From: Candidatus Bathyarchaeota archaeon
GTDB lineage: Archaea > Thermoproteota > Bathyarchaeia > Hecatellales > Hecatellaceae
NCBI GenBank assembly: GCA_052246995.1
Contig: JBQPWD010000003.1
Coordinates: 147,988 to 211,987 of the forward strand
Direction of reading: 5' to 3'
Length of the DNA stretch: 64,000 nucleotides
Part shown: positions 57,960 to 64,000 of the stretch, in pieces
How the letters are laid out: each line of letters starts with the position of its first letter
Numbering within the stretch: the stretch's first letter is position 1
Translations under genes and position numbers: made by a program
Notes under the pieces: model-generated
The model's database searches: none
Seen by the model: only the letters and a program-made list of their open reading frames with translations
What the model was told of the DNA's origin: nothing

Positions 57960-59677
57960 TTGTTGTGGAATGGATAATCAAAAATGGCTTTGTCTACGAC
58001 CCTTTAAACAACGTTAAAGGGGAAAAATTTGACATTGCTGTTAAAGATGGCAAGATTGTACCGTTGAGTCAAATAAGTGAGAGAGAGGCTAAGGTTGTGG
58101 ATGCCTCTGGAATGGTTGTCATGAGTGGTGGAATAGATATTCACTCCCACATTGCAGGTTCAAAGGTTAACGCTGGAAGAATTATGAGACCTGAAGATCA
58201 TTACAAGGTTTACATGAAAATTATGGGTAATGTTAGAAGGTCTGGAAGTGGACGTACAACTCCAAGCACAAACATCACAGGCTATAAATATGCCCGCATG
58301 GGTTGGACGATGGCTGTTGAACCTTCAACACCACCTTTAAAAACCAGACATACCCACGAAGAGCTTGATGATATACCAATAATAGATAAGGCGTGTTTTC
58401 CGCTTTTAGATTCAAACTGGTTTGTCTTAAACTATTTAGAAAAAGGTGAAATTGAAAAGTGTGCAGTATTTGTTGCATGGATTTTAAAAACAGTTAATGG
58501 TTACGCTATAAAAATTGTTGATCCTGGCTCAGCCGAGGCGTGGGGTTGGGGTAAAGGTATAGGCTTACATTGTGATGATCTTATTCCAGGGTATAGCTTG
58601 ACACCTTTAGACTTGGTTAAGGGTTTATGCAAGGTTAACAACATTTTAAACCTTCCACATCCAATACATGTTCACTGTAACAGGCTAGGTTTTCCTGGTA
58701 ACTATGTATGCACGCTTAAAACTATGGACTCTGTTTCAGATTTAGCTAAAGATGAACCTGTAATCCACATAACCCACGTTCAGTTTACTGGTTATACTGG
58801 GGAAAGTTGGGCTAGTGTTGGTAGTGGTGGTGAAGAAATAGCAAAATACGTTAACAATAACAAGCATGTAACCTTAGATTTAGGTCAGGTTGTTTTTGGT
58901 GATGTCACAACAATGACTGCAGATGCACCCTTTGAGTTTGTTTTATACCATCTAGCCCCAGGTAAATGGTCTAATTCTGATGTTGAAGCTGAAACGTCGG
59001 CAGGTATAGTTCCATACAGGTATAGAAGGAAAAATTATGTTAATACTGTTCAATGGACAATAGGGCTTGAAATAGCGTTGCTTGTAAAGGATCCTTGGAA
59101 AGTTTTCATGACAACAGACCATCCAAATGCCGGACCATTTACAAAGTATCCAACAGTAATTAGTTGGTTGGTGAGTAAGAAGGCTAGAGAGAAAACTATG
59201 GAAACTGTTAATAAGAGAGGTTTAAGAAAGTCTACACTTCCAACAATAGATAGAGAATATGACCTATATGAAATAGCAATATTAACCAGGGCTTCACCAG
59301 CAAAAATTTTAGGCTTGGAAAAGGAGAAGGGTCATCTTGGTGTTGGTGCTGATGCTGATATTGCAATCTACAATATTAATCCTGAAAAAGTTGACATATC
59401 TAAGGATTATAAGGAGCTTGTTAAAGCCTTTAAAAGAGCTGCCTACACGTTTAAAGATGGTGAACTTGTTGTTAAGAATGGTGAAATAGTTAAGCATATT
59501 TACGGTAAAACTTACTATGTAAACTGTAAAATTCCAAGAGACTTGGAAAAATCTGTTGTTAACGATGTTGAAGCTAGATTCAAGGAATGGTATAGTGTAA
59601 GCCTTAACAGTTATGTTATAGGTGATAAGGATGTCAGGTTTCTAAAACCATTGGAGGTTAACTCATCATTAAAGTAG
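57956..59677 (+). CDS. fwdA: Formylmethanofuran dehydrogenase subunit A
   Basis: GIDIHSHIAG, RPEDH, RHTHEE, HVHCN.LG.PGN, TTDHPNAGPF. Confidence 0.96.
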   Translation: MIVVEWIIKNGFVYDPLNNVKGEKFDIAVKDGKIVPLSQISEREAKVVDASGMVVMSGGIDIHSHIAGSKVNAGRIMRPEDHYKVYMKIMGNVRRSGSGRTTPSTNITGYKYARMGWTMAVEPSTPPLKTRHTHEELDDIPIIDKACFPLLDSNWFVLNYLEKGEIEKCAVFVAWILKTVNGYAIKIVDPGSAEAWGWGKGIGLHCDDLIPGYSLTPLDLVKGLCKVNNILNLPHPIHVHCNRLGFPGNYVCTLKTMDSVSDLAKDEPVIHITHVQFTGYTGESWASVGSGGEEIAKYVNNNKHVTLDLGQVVFGDVTTMTADAPFEFVLYHLAPGKWSNSDVEAETSAGIVPYRYRRKNYVNTVQWTIGLEIALLVKDPWKVFMTTDHPNAGPFTKYPTVISWLVSKKAREKTMETVNKRGLRKSTLPTIDREYDLYEIAILTRASPAKILGLEKEKGHLGVGADADIAIYNINPEKVDISKDYKELVKAFKRAAYTFKDGELVVKNGEIVKHIYGKTYYVNCKIPRDLEKSVVNDVEARFKEWYSVSLNSYVIGDKDVRFLKPLEVNSSLK

Positions 59678-60526
59678 GTGATAAAGTTGGGGGAGGTTGT
59701 TTTAAAACCCAAATTTGCCTTCAATGTTCCAGTTGAGATGTTTAACGTTTCCCCTGATGCATTTTCAGGTAGAACTATTAAGGAAGTAGGAGAACTTAAG
59801 GTTTATGAGGGTAACAGGGAGAAAAAACTTTCAGACCTTTTTGAGGTTGAGGGTGAATCTGGCGAAAAAACTGAAGATTTAGTAATCATCATCAAAGGTG
59901 ATGTATCTAAAGCTCGTAGGCTTGGCAAAAGTATGACTGCTGGAAAAATCGTTGTTGAAGGCAATGCAGGGCATATGCTTGGTTATGGGATGAAGGGCGG
60001 CGTAATTACTGTTCATGGTAATGCTGGTTTATGGATTGGTTGCAAAATGAAAGATGGGATTGTAGAAGTTTTTGGTAATGTTGAAGACAACGTTGGAGGC
60101 TCACTTAGAGGTGAAAAACCTGGTAAAGGTATGAGTGGAGGCACCATCATTATTCATGGTAATGCTGGAGCTGAGGTTGGTAGGGGTATGAAGGGTGGTT
60201 TGATAGTTGTCGACGGGGATGTGGGACCATTAGTTGGAGTAGATATGGTTGGCGGTAATATTGTGGTTAAGGGTAATTGTGAGGGTAAGGCTGGTGCAAG
60301 AATGAAGGGTGGAAGAGTAGTTATATGTGGAAGTATTCCAGAAATTTTATCCAGTTTTTACATAGAAGAAATAAGGGAATCTATCAAGATTAAAGCCGAA
60401 AAATTTACAGGACCATTTTACGTTTTCATAGGTGATTGTTTGGCAGATATCAGGTGTAGTGGAAGACTGCTAGTATCAGCTAACAACAACCCTCATCTTA
60501 AACTATATGAAAAATTTTTAGAATAA
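59678..60526 (+). CDS. fwdC: Formylmethanofuran dehydrogenase subunit C
   Basis: Repeated G..M.GG.I.V.GNAG beta-helix. Confidence 0.95.
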   Translation: MIKLGEVVLKPKFAFNVPVEMFNVSPDAFSGRTIKEVGELKVYEGNREKKLSDLFEVEGESGEKTEDLVIIIKGDVSKARRLGKSMTAGKIVVEGNAGHMLGYGMKGGVITVHGNAGLWIGCKMKDGIVEVFGNVEDNVGGSLRGEKPGKGMSGGTIIIHGNAGAEVGRGMKGGLIVVDGDVGPLVGVDMVGGNIVVKGNCEGKAGARMKGGRVVICGSIPEILSSFYIEEIRESIKIKAEKFTGPFYVFIGDCLADIRCSGRLLVSANNNPHLKLYEKFLE

Positions 60527-60658
60527 GAAAACCTTTTTTAGGCAAAGTTTTCTTTACTCTTTAACATAAGGCGTTCTTTAATCCAAAAACTTGGACAGCT
60601 TTTAAACTTTGCGTTTTTAGTGGTATTTAAATTTTATAAAAAATCCCAAATTTTTAGC

Positions 60659-61630
60659 CTAGCTTATGCTGGTTAATTGCAGAGAATTTCTTAAAACTTC
60701 AACATTTATTTTTCCGGCCGTGTAAGTTTTCCCTGTTTTTTTGTTTGTAACCGTTATTAATGCTGGAGCAAACAAGGCTGAATCTATCTTGTAGAAATCA
60801 TAGCCTGCATTTTTATAAATTTCATAAAATGGTTTACCATAGTCTTTAGCAGTTGACGAGGGTGCTTTTTTTACGATACTTTCAAGTTCACTGTCGTCTT
60901 TAACATCAACAATGTAGTATGTTACCCCCCCATAAAATAGAGAGTCATTACTCATGCCCATAGCAACATTAGGGTCAGGATGAGGTGGCATAATTGGAGC
61001 GTAACCGTAACCATAAAGTACATTTAGTGGGTTTAAGCCTAACTGTTCAAGCCTGAAAAATCCTGTTTCAACAATCCTTCCGGCAATCTGTGTTAAACCT
61101 GCAACCGAGGCTGTTGGTGAAAGTATCATGTAAAGGTTTTCAGGTTTAACTCCACAATCACCACTAATTTTTAATGCAACATCATCTGTTGGCTTTTTTT
61201 CAGTTTCAAGGACAATTACAGCAACGTCAGACTTATCCCTATAACCGATTTTTTCGTAAAGTTTTTTAGGTTTAATTGAAAGAGCTCTAGCTGGACCTGA
61301 ACCTATGGCTGAATAATCTCCAACCTTAATATTCCAACCTGCAAATTGTGACGCTAAAAGTGCTATTGAAGGATGATCTGTAATTACAACAATTGTCGGT
61401 AGCTTTAACCCATCATAATCCATGAAGGTTAAGTATGCGCATCCAAGACCACCCAAGCATATTTCAGTTACTTTTAAACCTGCTAAAAATCCTCCTTCAA
61501 CCTCTAATCCCGTATCTATTATGGTAGCTCCTGATGGAAGTTTCTCAACATTAACTTTATACAGGTTTTGTTTACTTATAACTTCATCAACAATTTTTTT
61601 TGCTTCAAAGTTTACACTTAAATAAACCAT
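60659..61630 (-). CDS. mch: Methenyl-H4MPT cyclohydrolase
   Basis: LSVN, ICLGGLG, SQFAGW, GSGPARAL, GRIVETG, FYKID..LFAPA. ATG at 61630. Confidence 0.95.
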   Translation of the reverse strand: MVYLSVNFEAKKIVDEVISKQNLYKVNVEKLPSGATIIDTGLEVEGGFLAGLKVTEICLGGLGCAYLTFMDYDGLKLPTIVVITDHPSIALLASQFAGWNIKVGDYSAIGSGPARALSIKPKKLYEKIGYRDKSDVAVIVLETEKKPTDDVALKISGDCGVKPENLYMILSPTASVAGLTQIAGRIVETGFFRLEQLGLNPLNVLYGYGYAPIMPPHPDPNVAMGMSNDSLFYGGVTYYIVDVKDDSELESIVKKAPSSTAKDYGKPFYEIYKNAGYDFYKIDSALFAPALITVTNKKTGKTYTAGKINVEVLRNSLQLTSIS

Positions 61631-61695
61631 ATTTTTACCCTCTCTCAATGTAATTTTATTTAACTTGTAAGCACACATATATTTGTTGACCTTAC

Positions 61696-62583
61696 ATGCT
61701 GATTGGTTTATTAACAAGAAATCAGAATTCATGGTGTTCTGCTAAGATTGTTGAGGCTTTTGAAGCTAAAGGTGTTAAAACGTTAGCTTTTAGCTTTAGA
61801 AATATTACATGTAATTCTGGGTTCAAACCTGAAGTTAAAGTTCTTGGTCTGGATGTTAAAGAGTTTGACGGTATACTTGTAAGGCCTATAGGACCTGGTT
61901 CTCTCGAGGAGATAATTTTTAGAATAGATACTCTTCATAGGATAGCAAGATTAGGTGTTTCAATAACAAACACTCCTCAAGCAATTGAAAATGCTGCTAA
62001 CAAACACTATACTTTAACTCTACTCGAAGATTCAGGTATAAAGGTTCCTAAAACAATTGTAACCGAAAATGTTGCTGAGGCTGTTAAAGGTTTTAAAGAG
62101 CTTTTGAAAGAAAGTGGTGAAGTTGTTATTAAGCCCATTTTCGGGTCTAAAGGTATAGGAATAACAAAAACTTCTGATGTTGAAATTGCTGGAAGAATTT
62201 TTAGAGCTCTCCATAAAAACCACTTTATCCTATACCTCCAAGAATACGTTCCCCATGGTGGAAGAGATATTAGATGCTTTGTTATAGGCGAAAGAGTTGT
62301 AGCCTCAATGTATAGACTTGCTAAGGGTGGATGGAAAACAAACATTAGCCAAGGAGGAGTAGCTCAACCATTCAAACCCTCAAATGAAGTTGAAGAACTA
62401 GCAGTAAAAGCTGCAAAAACTGTTGGTTGTGAAATTGCAGGAGTAGATTTAATGGAGAAGAAAGAAGAAATAATGGTTCATGAAGTTAACAGCCAACCTG
62501 GTTTTATGGGTCTTCAAACTTCAACAGGAATAAACATCGCCGAAGAGATAGCGGAGTATATGATTAAAAAAATTAAGAAATAA
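61696..62583 (+). CDS. mptN: RimK-family ligase, H4MPT:alpha-L-glutamate ligase-like
   Basis: GSLEEIIFR.D.L, KPIFGS.G.G, QEYV, DIR.FV, WKTNISQG, GVD, EVNSQPG. Adjacent to mch. Confidence 0.78.
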   Translation: MLIGLLTRNQNSWCSAKIVEAFEAKGVKTLAFSFRNITCNSGFKPEVKVLGLDVKEFDGILVRPIGPGSLEEIIFRIDTLHRIARLGVSITNTPQAIENAANKHYTLTLLEDSGIKVPKTIVTENVAEAVKGFKELLKESGEVVIKPIFGSKGIGITKTSDVEIAGRIFRALHKNHFILYLQEYVPHGGRDIRCFVIGERVVASMYRLAKGGWKTNISQGGVAQPFKPSNEVEELAVKAAKTVGCEIAGVDLMEKKEEIMVHEVNSQPGFMGLQTSTGINIAEEIAEYMIKKIKK

Positions 62584-62607
62584 AGGCTTGGGTTTAAATT
62601 AAACCTT

Positions 62608-64000
<1,393 letters not shown>

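Noticed and set aside
3711-62345. Numerous short antisense or alternate-frame ORFs in the ORF track (e.g. 3711-3995, 20146-20616, 37661-38200, 43046-43435, 55334-55798)
   Set aside because: They are shadows of well-supported genes and have no motifs

Overview
AT-rich archaeal chromosome segment. The gene content points to the TACK group, most consistent with Bathyarchaeia (inference). It holds housekeeping genes (psmB, alaS, leuS, hjc, aIF6, trxB, rpiA, secE-spt5-rpl11, lhr, apgM, cgi121, trm112, cdc48), an ETF/acyl-CoA oxidation set, a ~12-kb cobamide uptake and salvage cluster with two unexplained radical SAM paralogs, and a decayed accessory island beside tRNA-Glu(CUC). It also holds a compact ~14-kb methanofuran/H4MPT C1 cluster (mfnBDEF, ftr, mtd, fused fwdD-B, fwdA, fwdC, mch, mptN). 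The main discovery is in the tyrosyl-tRNA synthetase gene. A 33-nt insert creates an in-frame UAG immediately before the HIGH motif and folds into a canonical bulge-helix-bulge. Splicing at the standard BHB positions restores GFEPSG-L-MHIG, so this looks like a tRNA-type intron in an essential mRNA. A candidate H/ACA guide RNA lies just upstream on the opposite strand. All calls come from reading the sequence and recognising motifs. No database searches or folding programs were run.
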